Below, one piece after another: positions 61,161 to 64,000 of a stretch of 64,000 nt of DNA; position 1 is the stretch's first letter; every line of letters starts with the position of its first letter. Under the pieces are notes generated by a model. The model was given only the letters and a program-made list of their open reading frames with translations, had not been told where the DNA came from and searched no databases. The DNA comes from the human T2T-CHM13v2.0 reference genome, Homo sapiens. The stretch lies in NCBI RefSeq assembly GCF_009914755.1, contig NC_060935.1; one strand, given 5' to 3'. The position numbers were made by a program, and so were the translations under genes.

Positions 61161-61945
61161 AAACACTCCCCTTTGGGCTTCAAAATGGTAGGCACTTCTT
61201 TCACCAGTACCACAATGTGCTTGTTGTTCATTTTCCTTTATATCACACTAATTTTGCATCCAAGGAAAGGAGGCCTGCATCGAGGTCATAATAAAAAAAA
61301 AAAAAATCCTCCTCCTAAATCTAAAGCCTTGGTGAGCTTCCCAGCATGTGAAGCAAAATCTGAAAATCTTCACTAAGAGGTTATTCAGGTCATGGACTGT
61401 CATCTGCTTAGAAAGACGGTATCTTTTCCTGAGAATCTGTGGCAGACAGAAGTTAACCTAAAAAGCTTGAAGTTTATCCATAGTGCTGTCATGGTCAGTC
61501 AAGTAGTGTGATGGCTTTTCAAGGGGTGGGGCCTGTGCTGCCACCTGTGTCTCAGTTTGTCCAGGATATGCAGGTCCTTTTACAAGGTTCCCATCAGCAA
61601 TAAGAGACTGGAGACACTCATTCCAGCATTGCATAGAGAGAGCTGTGTCTTGCTGACCCAGACCCTGCCATTGCTGTTTAGGGTCACCAGGCTGAGGCTG
61701 AGCCAGATTCTTAAAGGGCAGCACTACCAGGCCAGTGTGCTTTTTCCCCTTGTCACCTTGGCATCTTCCTTGGTATGGGGGTCAGAAAGGAGTCTGCATA
61801 TGTGACAGCCCCACTCATAGAATTGGTACTATTGACACAGGACTTCTAAGTGTCAAAGAAGAGTGAGAGCTCTCTCCCTGCACACCCTGGGTAGGCTGAA
61901 GCATCATGACCCCTGGAATTTTACACCTTATTATCCTGTTTGTAG

Positions 61946-64000
<2,055 letters not shown>

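Overview
Human (primate) genomic DNA, recognisable as the ACAT1-NPAT locus on 11q22.3. The + strand carries the complete 12-exon mitochondrial acetoacetyl-CoA thiolase gene ACAT1: CpG-island promoter at ~0.84-1.55 kb, ATG at 1144, TAG at 26936-26938, 1284 nt / 427 aa, all GT-AG junctions, plus an alternative terminal exon in intron 5. The - strand carries the last 8 coding exons and the 3' UTR of NPAT (exons 11-18 by my numbering, residues ~303-1427, stop at 38495-38497). The genes are convergent, with about 9.6 kb of repeat-filled spacer. Most of the rest is Alu (about 60 copies or fragments), old L1/L2/MIR, ERV1/ERVL LTRs and DNA-transposon fossils, and nearly all small ORFs in the track are Alu translations. 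The most unusual signal is in the last NPAT intron: a non-canonical GC 5' splice site, an in-frame read-through ending, an intronic AATAAA with a downstream U-tract, and a 69-bp near-perfect inverted repeat copied from an ancient MIR whose single mismatch is a G-U wobble in the NPAT transcript. Any function for this arrangement is inference. Exon boundaries were read base by base; repeat boundaries and subfamily names are by eye and approximate.
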